Of a stretch of DNA of 64,000 bases, positions 9,912 to 19,878 are shown piece after piece. The translations under genes and the position numbers were made by a program. The stretch's first letter is position 1; each line of letters opens with the position of its first letter. A model generated the notes under the pieces. That model was not told the DNA's origin and did not search any database. It saw only the letters and a list, made by a program, of their open reading frames with translations. The stretch comes from Spirochaetia bacterium (GTDB taxonomy: Bacteria; Spirochaetota; Spirochaetia; DSM-2461): the NCBI GenBank assembly GCA_963666985.2, contig CAXXIA010000001.1:672001-736000 (forward strand), in the 5' to 3' direction.

Positions 9912-11423
9912 TCAGGCGAGCGATTCTCTGAATTCTCTGGGCGATATACTGTGAGTTGCTTTGAAAACCTTGCTGAAATATGAGGCATCTTCATATCCAA
10001 CCATCACCGCGATTTCTTTAAGGGGAATCGCAGGTGATTCTTTCATTAGTTCGATACTTCGCGATATACGGGTGTCCCGGATGAACTCCACAACACTTGT
10101 ATCCCGGTAACGATGGAACATTCTGTTCAGGTAGGATTGGGAAATCCCGAAGGTTCGACACAGATGGGGTATCGATATTTCATCCGCCAGGTGGCATTCA
10201 ATGTACTTCGTGATACGTTCCACTAACTCCCGGCTTCCGATTGCCGTCGGCATTATATTGGAGGACTCGCCGATTCCTTCCAAGATTTCGTCGAATCGCT
10301 CAGCCAGATCGCTATAATTCACACACTCCATAAACGCTTCATCCATGAGCTGTTCCATATCAAACGCCGCATTTCGGCCGAGCGGGCAGTACTGCAGAAG
10401 ATGTCCCAGGACGTTTTTCAAGCCTATGTATGCCGAGGCCAGGGGCATCCTGGTTTCTGTCCAATCCAAAATCACCGGACGGATTTCCCGACGGACCGAA
10501 TTGATTCCCCTGTTCATGAGGAAACCGTCTATTTTTCGGAAGAATGTCGAGTCCAGTGAATCCGGAAATCCTGTACTCTTCTCAGCCGGGGAATCGTCAT
10601 ACAGAATGCGGCTGACACCGGGAACGGTACGTTCCCAGAGGAGTTTCTGAAGGCCGGCCAAGCATGAAAGGACTTCCTCCCTGTCGAAATTCACTGATAG
10701 TGCAGCTGTGTAGTAGCGGCATTCCGGAACTCCGTTTCCGAATGCATCAACGATGGCCTTGAAGCGACTGTAGTGGATGGTTCCGGCACCGGCAATCACA
10801 TACCATTCGCTTCCGTCTCTGCCGGGAATGAGCCAAATGTTATCTTTCTCTTCATCGTTGAGATTCTTTACTAATGCTTCTGTGACATCTTTGCCGACGC
10901 TGCCTACAGTGAAGGAAGAGAATCTGGAATGAAGTCCGTTTTTACGGACGACGGCCATCATGAGGCGTTCCGCTAGCAGGCCTCGTGGGACATTCCTTCC
11001 ATTAAGCCGTCTGGAAAGATTCCTGCCGATTTCCGTATGCGCTTTATCAGTCAGTCTTTCCATTAGCTGGTCCAGGAGCGAATTCAGAGCAGGAATGCTG
11101 ATTGGTTTGAGCAGATAGTCCATCACTTCCGAACGAATGGCATTCTTGGCATATTCGAAATCCTGGTATCCGCTGATGATGACCGAGACAATTTCAGGGA
11201 ACTCCTCTTTCACCTTTCCGATAAGCTCAATGCCGTCCATTCTCGGCATTCGGATATCGCTTATCAGGACATCCGGGCCGAGTTCCTTCACCATATCAAA
11301 GGCCTGTACACCATCTTCTGCAACACCGATGACCCGGAATCCAGGGTTTTTCTTTCCGATGATGGATACCAAATGACGTTGTGCCGCAGGTTCGTCTTCG
11401 GCGATCAGAATGGAGAAGGTCAA
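9912..11423 (-). CDS. YesN-type response regulator (REC + AraC HTH)
   Basis: AEDE...SDIRMPRMDG...YLLKP receiver; C-terminal VGYEDASYFSKVFK AraC HTH. Confidence 0.9.
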   Translation of the reverse strand: MTFSILIAEDEPAAQRHLVSIIGKKNPGFRVIGVAEDGVQAFDMVKELGPDVLISDIRMPRMDGIELIGKVKEEFPEIVSVIISGYQDFEYAKNAIRSEVMDYLLKPISIPALNSLLDQLMERLTDKAHTEIGRNLSRRLNGRNVPRGLLAERLMMAVVRKNGLHSRFSSFTVGSVGKDVTEALVKNLNDEEKDNIWLIPGRDGSEWYVIAGAGTIHYSRFKAIVDAFGNGVPECRYYTAALSVNFDREEVLSCLAGLQKLLWERTVPGVSRILYDDSPAEKSTGFPDSLDSTFFRKIDGFLMNRGINSVRREIRPVILDWTETRMPLASAYIGLKNVLGHLLQYCPLGRNAAFDMEQLMDEAFMECVNYSDLAERFDEILEGIGESSNIMPTAIGSRELVERITKYIECHLADEISIPHLCRTFGISQSYLNRMFHRYRDTSVVEFIRDTRISRSIELMKESPAIPLKEIAVMVGYEDASYFSKVFKATHSISPREFRESLA

Positions 11424-13197
11424 CAGGAAAATCCTTTCGCCGGCATTTTGCCGTGTATTGTGATTCGGGTTCCGCCTTCGGGAGGGCTTTCAATATTCAT
11501 TTGAAAATTCTCACCGAAGAAGAGAAAGAGACGGACATAGGTGTTTGTGAGGCCCAATCCGCCCAGGCTCATCTCTACTCCGGCTTCGGAGGACTCCAGA
11601 GCATCAATGATTTTTTCCAGACGGGTGCGGATGGCTGCGATTTCCTCCTGAGAGATGCCCTTCCCGTTGTCGCCTATTGTCAGAAGCCATTCATTTCCGG
11701 TTCGGTCTGCCTGCCCCGATACATCAATTTGTATTTTCTGAACACCTTCTTTAAAATTATGATTAATTGCGTTTTCGATAAGTGGCTGGAGTACCATCTT
11801 CGGAATTTTCATTTCCGCAATTTTTTTGTCATATCGACATTCATAGGTAAGTTTGTGTTCGTATCGTTCCTTGAGTAAGGAGAGATAGTTGCGGGCATGA
11901 GCGAATTCCTGCCTAACCGATGCTTCCCGCTCTACTGTGGAAGTGGAGTATCTGAGCATCGAAGCAATACGGTCGCATATATCGCAGATATCTTCGTTTC
12001 CCGATTCTAATCCCATGCTCGATATGACATTCAAAAGGTTGTACAGAAAGTGGGGGTTTACCTGGGCCTGTAAGGCGTCAAGGTTGGCCTGGATCTGTAA
12101 TGACTGTGAGGTCATCTCTCTCTCCTTAATGCCTCATTGAGCCGATTCTGGAGGTGGGTCAGAGCGAAATCAAGGGCTTCGATTTCATCATGGGGACTCT
12201 CCAGGTTCGCTGAAGACGGAGATGATCCCAGTTCGATGCGGTCGACGTGATTTTTGAGCTGCCGAATCGGATGTGTGAGTTGCAGAGTGAAGAAACGAAC
12301 AGCCAGGAGTGATACTGCCAGAACCGCCATTGATACGGTGAAGAATATCCAAATGGTATTCGCCGTGGACGAGAGTCCATTCCATCGATCTCGGGAGAGT
12401 TCAATACGAATACCCGTATATTGTGAGACGATGGATGTTCTGTAAGGCTCGCGGAATATGATCCGGCGAGCGTTCGAGCTTGTTTCCGCGGATTTATAGA
12501 GAGTATCTCCATCAGGAGTTGTAACGATTGTATGTATTTCAAGTTCATCAGATGCGTCGAACATCCTTTCGATGACCGAATAGGAGTTCTGTATCTCGAT
12601 GTAACCTGTTGTGTTACCTTCCTGGAAATCCACAACGGCCCGAATGATGCCGAAGACGTCAGTATTGTTTTTCGTGTCCCACGGATCCTGATATTTCGGC
12701 ATGAAATACATCCGTCCGCTTAGTTCCCGGCACCTCTCGAGTCTCGGATTGTCGCTTACCCATTTCTTTACATCAGATTTCACTGGGTAGGAGAGAAAGT
12801 TGTTGCTGTAGAAATCCAACGCCGGTGTATAGACGGCGACTCTGTAGAAGTCTCGAATCAGGGAATATCGGTATATGGACCCTTCGATGTATTTAAGTGC
12901 GTTAAGAATGTCCGGCTTGTATTGTTCGTCCTCTCTGTCGAAATAGGCCAGAGTTGTCATTGACGGAATAAACTCCGCTAGGGACAGGGTGTCAGTTGTC
13001 GCATAATCCATCGTCGTAAGGACGGTATCGAGCTGATCGGACATCCTTTCAACCCTGTATCGAAGATCTTCGAAGACTCGTTTGTCCGTCTCTGATATCC
13101 GTATAACGAAATACACGGCGCTAAACGAAGCGGTGAGTATGGCGATAAACAGCGAATATGTCAGTAGCAGGCGGGTTTGAAAACCGGCTTGCTTCAT
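11420..13197 (-). pseudogene. YesM-type sensor histidine kinase split by frameshift (sensor/HAMP 12112..13197; His_kinase/HATPase 11420..12115)
   Basis: Upstream ORF has 2 TM + HAMP (HDEIEAL); downstream ORF starts with LQAQVNPHFLYN and has QPLIENA, DNGKG, GLGL; junction lies in a (GA)5 tract. Confidence 0.8.
12115..12124 (-). repeat. (GA)5 dinucleotide repeat at the kinase frameshift
   Basis: Plus strand tctctctctc; minus strand TTAAG-GAGAGAGAGA-TGA. Confidence 0.9.
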
Positions 13198-13221
13198 GAT
13201 AAACCTCCGAGATACTGCCGA

Positions 13222-15840
13222 TTATACGCTGATACCCCCAGTTCGTATGATCGTTTTTCGCTCATACCGTCCTGAACCCAGTATTTCCGCATCCCTCTGT
13301 CCCGGCAGGAAGAGCCTTGCACTTGTATTACATGGCACTTCTACAATCACCGTCATCTCATCACCAACGAGTTTCCAGATTATCTCGGCCAGACCATAGG
13401 GAGTTTCCCGTCGCATTGAAGCGGATGTGATTCCTCCGCCGGGCCGCGGCCGAAAATCAATGATTTTGTACCCGGGACCATTCTCTGCAGCTTCCAGACC
13501 CGCCATGGTTGTGTACAACCAGTAACCCACCGAACCATATGCGTAATGGTTGAAAGAATTCATATCGGGACTCCACAGGGAGCCATCCGGTTTCAGTCCG
13601 TCCCAGTGTTCCCATATTGTCGTTGCACCCTGTTTTACTTGATAGAGCCAGGACGGGTAGTCCTCCTGAAGAAGCAGCTTATAGGCTTCATCCAGCCGTC
13701 CATACCTCGCCAGTACCGTGCAGATATATGGCGTCCCAAGGAATCCAGTCGTAAGGTGTCCATTCTCCTCTCCGATGATTTTTACCAAATCATCGACAGT
13801 ACGCTGGGCATGTTCCTTTGTAACCAGGTTGAAATGAAGTGCCAGCACATGGGCTGTCTGTGTGCGAACAGCCAGTCTTCCGGAAGGAGTGTAAAACTTC
13901 TCCAGGAAAGCTGATCGTATCCGGCGGTATAATGCTCCGTAGTGTTCCGAATCGTCTTCATTACCCAGAAGGGCCGCGGTACGGCTCAGGATATCCGCGG
14001 AATTTGCATAGAAGACCGTGGCCGTGTAGTCATTAGGTGTTGCCCCGAAATAGCTGCCTTCTTTTGCATCCAGAGCCACCCAGTCGCCGAAATGGAAACC
14101 GGTATCCCATATAACTTCATCCCTGGCCTGTCTACGGATACATTCAACCCATCGCTTCATCATTCCGTAGTTTTCTTCAAGTATGCGTTCGTCACCGTAT
14201 TGTCGGTAAATAGTCCATGGGCAGATTACTGCGGCATCAGCCCAACCTGTGGCTGAGTGCGCGCCTTCCAGCAGATCGTCGGTTTCCGCGGCATCGAACA
14301 GCACGTCAGGAATAACATGGGGAATCCCGCCGTCGGGCTTCTGTTCCGTCCGCATATCCCGAAGCCATTTTGTGAAGAATGAGGCAGTGTTCCGGAGATT
14401 GCAAGCAGTACCGATGAACACCTGAGCATCCCCCGTCCATCCCAGCCGTTCGTCTCTCTGGGGGCAGTCGGTTGGGATGTCCAGGAAGTTCCCTTTCATA
14501 CCCCAGTGGATATTGTGATTCAACTGGTTTATCAGTGGATTGGAGCAAGAGAAGTCCCCAGTCGGCGGCATTTTCGAATGGACGACTTCGGCACGAAAAT
14601 CCTTCTTTTTCGGCGTCCCCGGATATTTTTCCACCAGAACATAACGGAATCCCTGGAAAGTGAAACAGGGATGGTATTCCTCGATACCGTCACCTTTAAG
14701 GATGTATAGGATTTCCTGTTTAGCCGCTCTGAGATTCTCGGTGTACAAATCGCCTTCGGCGGTGAGAATCTCACCATGTTTCAGCATAACTTCTGAACCG
14801 GCCGGACCCTCCACTTGGAACCGAACCCACCCGGTAAGATTCTGCCCAAAATCCAAGATTGTCCGCCCCTGGCTGTCTGTCAGCAATTCAACGGGTTCTA
14901 GGACTTCATGCACGGCGATCGGAGGGCCATCCTGGGCGCAGACTGTTGACCGGTCCATGTCTAGAAGTACAACAGGTCCCGTCCCTCCGGATTTCGGCGG
15001 CATGGACAAATCGGTTTCCCTACGGGCGTCGTAGGTTTCGCCATTATAGATTTCCGTGTAGAGAACCGGAGAAGGAAAAGATTCCCAGGTTTCATCGGTC
15101 ATGACGGTCTCTTCGGTTTCGTCTTCATAGGCGACATGCATCACCATGCTGAAACCGATTCGGTTTCCATACACGCAGCGTTTGCTCATCCATCCAGCCA
15201 GATCACCTTTATACCACCCGGTTCCGATATGAGCGGTGATGATATTACTGCCGATTTGGAGGGAATCGGTGATGTCTATAGTCTGATACAGCAGCCTGGA
15301 GTTGTAATTTGTCCAGCCGGGAGCAAGAAGATAGTTCTCATCGATGATTCCGTTTACCGTTACGCTGTAGAGTCCGAGCGCGGTCGCGTAAATCCGTGCA
15401 GAAGCTACCGCCCCCCGGATTTCATATGTCTTGGAAAGGTACCATCCTTCCGACCGAGTCGGATCATTTTCGTTTTTCGGAGATATAAATAGTGCCGGCC
15501 AGTTTCCATCCGCCATCAATCCGGTTTCAAAGAACGCTTCGGGGCATGCCCCGTTCGTTATGCCGTGATTATCTTCGACTTCAACGGTCCAGTAATACCG
15601 TGTTGATGGACACAGGGGCTCACCGTCATATGCGATGAGAACAGACCTGTTACTTTTTATTCGACCGGAGTCCCATACAGTTTTTGAGAAATCCGCATCA
15701 GTTGATACCAGGACCCGATATGCTGTCTGTAGGACATTCGTTTCATCACTATTCAGAATCCAGCTAAATCGGGGGGATGGTTCGTCGATACCTATGGGAT
15801 TTACTCGATGTTCACATGTGAGTCCGTTAAGGTTCAGCAT
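13222..15840 (-). CDS. Alpha-L-rhamnosidase, GH78
   Basis: PTDCPQRDERLGWTGDAQ, FGDW, GATTIWEHW, MNSFNHYAYG; start at MLNLNG with AAGGAG SD. Confidence 0.93.
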   Translation of the reverse strand: MLNLNGLTCEHRVNPIGIDEPSPRFSWILNSDETNVLQTAYRVLVSTDADFSKTVWDSGRIKSNRSVLIAYDGEPLCPSTRYYWTVEVEDNHGITNGACPEAFFETGLMADGNWPALFISPKNENDPTRSEGWYLSKTYEIRGAVASARIYATALGLYSVTVNGIIDENYLLAPGWTNYNSRLLYQTIDITDSLQIGSNIITAHIGTGWYKGDLAGWMSKRCVYGNRIGFSMVMHVAYEDETEETVMTDETWESFPSPVLYTEIYNGETYDARRETDLSMPPKSGGTGPVVLLDMDRSTVCAQDGPPIAVHEVLEPVELLTDSQGRTILDFGQNLTGWVRFQVEGPAGSEVMLKHGEILTAEGDLYTENLRAAKQEILYILKGDGIEEYHPCFTFQGFRYVLVEKYPGTPKKKDFRAEVVHSKMPPTGDFSCSNPLINQLNHNIHWGMKGNFLDIPTDCPQRDERLGWTGDAQVFIGTACNLRNTASFFTKWLRDMRTEQKPDGGIPHVIPDVLFDAAETDDLLEGAHSATGWADAAVICPWTIYRQYGDERILEENYGMMKRWVECIRRQARDEVIWDTGFHFGDWVALDAKEGSYFGATPNDYTATVFYANSADILSRTAALLGNEDDSEHYGALYRRIRSAFLEKFYTPSGRLAVRTQTAHVLALHFNLVTKEHAQRTVDDLVKIIGEENGHLTTGFLGTPYICTVLARYGRLDEAYKLLLQEDYPSWLYQVKQGATTIWEHWDGLKPDGSLWSPDMNSFNHYAYGSVGYWLYTTMAGLEAAENGPGYKIIDFRPRPGGGITSASMRRETPYGLAEIIWKLVGDEMTVIVEVPCNTSARLFLPGQRDAEILGSGRYERKTIIRTGGISV

Positions 15841-16604
15841 AGGCTTGCTCCTTGTATCGCGGCAGTTAAGATGGGCCACGAAGCCCATAGTATGGTCTCC
15901 GACATACAGACGACAGGGAAAAATCCATCCTGTGACTTGGACTTTTCCGGCGAATTCTATTTCATCTTTTATATATATATCGTTCGGATCGGTTTTTATG
16001 TGCTCCAGGATTTCTGTTGCCGTTTTCAGGATAACCAGCAGCTCCCTCTTTTCGTCGGGGAGAATCGGAGGCAATGATGGGACTGCACCGATTCTCTTTT
16101 CGGTCTTTCGATAACTATTTCCCCGAGTTTGAAATCTTTTTTCCCCGCAGCTGTCTCTGTGGGACTCCAAACCAGCGTGCCCCGTGAGACCACCACCCTA
16201 ATTAAGTTCGATGTCTCCAAAGAGCATTTTAAATCGTTTTGAACAACGAAGAGGCTTCCTGAATAGAGTATTAAGAATGACCTGGTGGTCGGTGTTTTTC
16301 GCCGGATGAGACCGGTACTTCAAGTACCATGCGGACCGCATTGTGCCGAGGAAGGTGTTTAACAGTCACCCGGATTGCCGAAAAAATAGCGAGATCAACC
16401 ACAGCAAGTTATTTCGAAGAGCACCTCTTAGAAATTAGATGGTACAGTTTTTTAAAAAAGAGCTTTAACCGTCTTTAATCGTCATCCTGCCTTTTCCCCG
16501 ACCGCCGCACCCCGAACGAACGTGTAGCTTCAACAGCCTGTTAAAACGCAGAAACCGTATACCGCCCGTTGGCCTTCACGGAAGAGCGGCATTATGATGA
16601 GTTC

Positions 16605-18098
16605 ATGGAAGAATTCTATGAACTGATGAATACCATCAGAGATTATGCCTGGGGCGACGAAAAACATATCCCTGATTTTATCGGACTGGACTATCCCGAA
16701 GGAAAACCGGCCGCGGAGATGTGGATGGGGGCTCATCCGTCCGCTCCGTCACGTCTTTGGGTTGAGAACGGCGGAGAAAAAGGTCTGGATGAACTGATAG
16801 AATTTCATCGAAGCGAAGCCTTGGGACCGGCGGTTGAGGCGAAGTACGGAGCTCTCCCTTTCCTTTTTAAGCTTCTCGCGGCGGGAAAATCCCTTTCCAT
16901 ACAAGTTCATCCGGATAAAAAAACGGCGGAGGAAGGGTTCAATCGGGAAGATTCCCGGGGCGTTCCCCGAGACGCACCGAATAGAAATTACCGGGACGAT
17001 AATCACAAGCCGGAAATTATCATGGCCATCACTCCGTTTACGGCGATGATCGGCTTCCGGGAGCCTGAGGAAATTCTTCGCGACTTTATGCCGCTCGTCT
17101 CTACTAAAAAGCTCCCGTCCTTCCTCGATGCACTGGCGCAAGAGGCGGATAACACGAACATACGAATTTCTCCGGAGAAGTCGAACTCGCCTGAAAAGAG
17201 CTCCGCCGAGAATGAGCGCCGCCGTGATGATGTTTTCGGCAATGAAATCGGCGCGTCTCAGGGATTGAAAAACTTCCTGAAAGGGTTACTGACCCTGCAT
17301 GCCGATGAAAAAGAAACGTTGATTCAAGCGGCATTGGCGTTATTGGGGGATGAAGGCGCCGAAGGCCACGAGATTTCCGCCGAATGGGGGAACACCGCCG
17401 GTGAACTCCGCGCCGCTTCCAAAAACCTGTCCGCCGCAGGCTCCGCCGGTACCTTTGCGGTTTCTCGGCAATTCCCCGAACAGCCCCCTTCCGCCGCGGC
17501 GAACAAATCCGAAGATTCTTCATGTCCCTGGGACGGCCTTCGCCGCAAATGGATTTCGAGGCTCATCCGTCAATTTCCGGGCGACATCGGAGTACTGGCG
17601 CCTCTTTTTTTAAATGTCGTGGAAATCGCTCCGGGTGAAGCCCTCTATCAGCCGGCTCGGATGCTCCATGCGTATCTGGACGGATTCGGTTTGGAACTCA
17701 TGGCCAACTCGGATAATGTCCTCAGAGGCGGTCTGACGGTAAAAAACATCGATGTTTCCGAACTGATTTCGATTCTGGACTTCAATCCTTCCGTTCCGGA
17801 AATCCTGCCCAAACCTTCTTGCAAAGAGGGAGAAATCGCATGCTATTCCACACCGGCGGAGGAATTCGAACTGTGTTTGGCCGAAGTGGGACGTGAAGGA
17901 AAGCATGTCGTTCTGGAAAAACACAAAGGCCCGGCCGTCCTTCTGGTTATGGAAGGCGATATCGTCCTTTCGGGCGGCGGCAGAAAGCTGGCGCTCAAGC
18001 AGGGCGGCAGTGTTTTTATTCCGTGGAGTTCTTCCGAACTGACCGTGGAAGGCCGGGGAAAAATCGCGCTCGCTTCGGTCCCCGGAATCGGGCAATGA
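16605..18098 (+). CDS. manA: Mannose-6-phosphate isomerase class I
   Basis: YAWG, AEMWMGAHP, LSIQVHP, NYRDDNHKPE, HAYLDG, ELMANSDNVLRGGLT. Confidence 0.92.
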   Translation: MEEFYELMNTIRDYAWGDEKHIPDFIGLDYPEGKPAAEMWMGAHPSAPSRLWVENGGEKGLDELIEFHRSEALGPAVEAKYGALPFLFKLLAAGKSLSIQVHPDKKTAEEGFNREDSRGVPRDAPNRNYRDDNHKPEIIMAITPFTAMIGFREPEEILRDFMPLVSTKKLPSFLDALAQEADNTNIRISPEKSNSPEKSSAENERRRDDVFGNEIGASQGLKNFLKGLLTLHADEKETLIQAALALLGDEGAEGHEISAEWGNTAGELRAASKNLSAAGSAGTFAVSRQFPEQPPSAAANKSEDSSCPWDGLRRKWISRLIRQFPGDIGVLAPLFLNVVEIAPGEALYQPARMLHAYLDGFGLELMANSDNVLRGGLTVKNIDVSELISILDFNPSVPEILPKPSCKEGEIACYSTPAEEFELCLAEVGREGKHVVLEKHKGPAVLLVMEGDIVLSGGGRKLALKQGGSVFIPWSSSELTVEGRGKIALASVPGIGQ

Positions 18099-18538
18099 CC
18101 TTCTGGGTTGACGGCGACTCCTGTCCGCGGCCGGCCATGGAGATTCTCCTGAAATACGCTCGAAAAGAGAATCTTACCATCGTTGTCGCCGCCGACAGAA
18201 TCCTCGCGGGCGTGAAAGAAGCCGGAGCCCAGATGCGTTTAATCGAGAGCGGCTCCGATTCGGTCGACGACTGTATCGCCGCGGAGGCCGCCCCGGGCGA
18301 TTTGGCTCTTACCCGAGATTTCGGACTGGCTCTGCGGCTGATGCAAAAAGGCGTGAATGTTTTGAACGATAAAGGGAAGAAGTGGGAATTAAAGGAACTT
18401 CGCTCCCGTGCCCGGGACGCCGAGATTATGCGGGCCATGCGCGGCGGCGGAATGGTAAAGAAGCAGCCGCGTTCCTACGCAAAAAGCGATGCCGAAGCAT
18501 TCGCCGCTTCCCTGAAACTCTTGCTGGATATCGGCTGA
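18095..18538 (+). CDS. YaiI/YqxD (DUF188) family protein
   Basis: WVDGDSCP, SVDD, TRDFGLA motifs; ATGA overlap with manA stop. Confidence 0.85.
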   Translation: MTFWVDGDSCPRPAMEILLKYARKENLTIVVAADRILAGVKEAGAQMRLIESGSDSVDDCIAAEAAPGDLALTRDFGLALRLMQKGVNVLNDKGKKWELKELRSRARDAEIMRAMRGGGMVKKQPRSYAKSDAEAFAASLKLLLDIG

Positions 18539-18650
18539 TCCGGGAAGCCGTGCCGCCGATGCTTCTCTCGTTTCGGCGGCCGCGTATTCTTCGCGAAGGG
18601 ATTCGCACCGGGAAAAGACGCGAATCAGCGTAATCGGAACCCTTCTGTGT

Positions 18651-19697
18651 TTAAGGTTCTTCGGCCGTTTCGGAGGATTCTCTCAGCACCGCCGTTAACG
18701 ATCCGCTTCCTCTGCAGTCCTGGAAGGGTTCCCAAACGAAAATTCCTCCCAGTTCTTTTTCCTGAGCCCATTGGACTTTTTTCCCGATCGTATCGGGCCC
18801 GTTGAACGCATATCCCCCGGCTTCGTCTTGCGACGGTTCGGGCGAGAATCCTTCGGAAATATCGGCGTAGCTTTTCGTGTCCGTCCAGTAATTCGGGGAG
18901 TCGGTTCTGTAGTCGCGGCCGTAAAAAGGAAGACCCAGGATGAGTTTTTCCGGCGGAATCCCCGTTCGGGCCAAAAGGATTTCGGCATCCGCGAGCGCCG
19001 ATTCGTATGTCGCGTGTTTGCCCCCGCCGTTGTAGGCCATCAGATGCACTTCATCAACGGCGTCAAAAAAGCTTTTATCGGGAAGCCTCCATCGGCTCAC
19101 CGCAGCCGAAAGGGCCGTTTCAGCGGGAAGGGCGGCGCGAAGATCCGCAGCAAATTCTTCAATCGTTTCCATCTCGGCACTTGTGGGCGAAGAGACGAAT
19201 TCCCAGTCAAGATCGAATCCGTCCAATTCATAAAGTGCGCAAACGGATGCTATTTTCCCGACGAATGCCTCTCTGGCGTCTTTTTCGGAAACAAGCGGCA
19301 TGAAATCGGCGGAGTTTCCGATAAGAGAAAGAAAAATCCTGACTTTTCCGTTCCCGACGACACTTTTGAGAAAGCTGACATGTCTTGGATCGGGAGAAGT
19401 TCCTTCAAGAAACGCCGCATCCAGAGGAATATGAAGATAAAGGGATTCAAAAGCGCTTCCCAGCCGGCGGCTCCAGGAAGCCTCGCTCCAATGTTCGGCT
19501 CCGGAGCATTGAAGTTTGTCGGCAAGAAGACGTCCGTCCCAGGGCTGAGGAGACGGATTCCAGGATGGGCGGCCGAGGCTATTTTCGGCACCGCTCGTGA
19601 TATCGAGCCGGTAATAGGGAACATAGGCCCCCGACTCAAAAGCGAAAACCACGGAAGCGGACATGAAAAAAAGAAAGAAAATAAAAGTACGCTGCAT
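18651..19697 (-). CDS. Secreted GH18 glycoside hydrolase (chitinase-like)
   Basis: Signal peptide, SLIG, catalytic DGFDLDWE, LMAY, LGLPFYGR, GIFVW. Confidence 0.85.
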   Translation of the reverse strand: MQRTFIFFLFFMSASVVFAFESGAYVPYYRLDITSGAENSLGRPSWNPSPQPWDGRLLADKLQCSGAEHWSEASWSRRLGSAFESLYLHIPLDAAFLEGTSPDPRHVSFLKSVVGNGKVRIFLSLIGNSADFMPLVSEKDAREAFVGKIASVCALYELDGFDLDWEFVSSPTSAEMETIEEFAADLRAALPAETALSAAVSRWRLPDKSFFDAVDEVHLMAYNGGGKHATYESALADAEILLARTGIPPEKLILGLPFYGRDYRTDSPNYWTDTKSYADISEGFSPEPSQDEAGGYAFNGPDTIGKKVQWAQEKELGGIFVWEPFQDCRGSGSLTAVLRESSETAEEP

Positions 19698-19878
19698 CGG
19701 CTCCATAATGTCCGCTGGAGCGCTTCGGGTCAACTGATTACCGCTTGCTCCATCCTTGATGTTTTTCTCAATCCGCGTCGAAAAAATTGAGAAATTTGTC
19801 CCAAATTATAACTTGGGAAGAATTTTTTTCTGAACAGCCATACATTTTCTCAAACTTGAAAAGAAGAGGAGAACCATC

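Noticed and set aside
15841..16170. 110-aa N-terminal extension of GH78 in the ORF track
   Set aside because: SD and family-typical start lie at 15840; extension has no recognisable features
16150..16435. Possible degraded IS5-like remnant (VPRETTTLIKF peptide, IS-end-like sequence near 16410-16432)
   Set aside because: Similarity too weak; no paired inverted repeats or transposase ORF could be verified by eye
18771..19790. 339-aa plus-strand ORF
   Set aside because: Antisense to the GH18 gene, which has clear catalytic motifs
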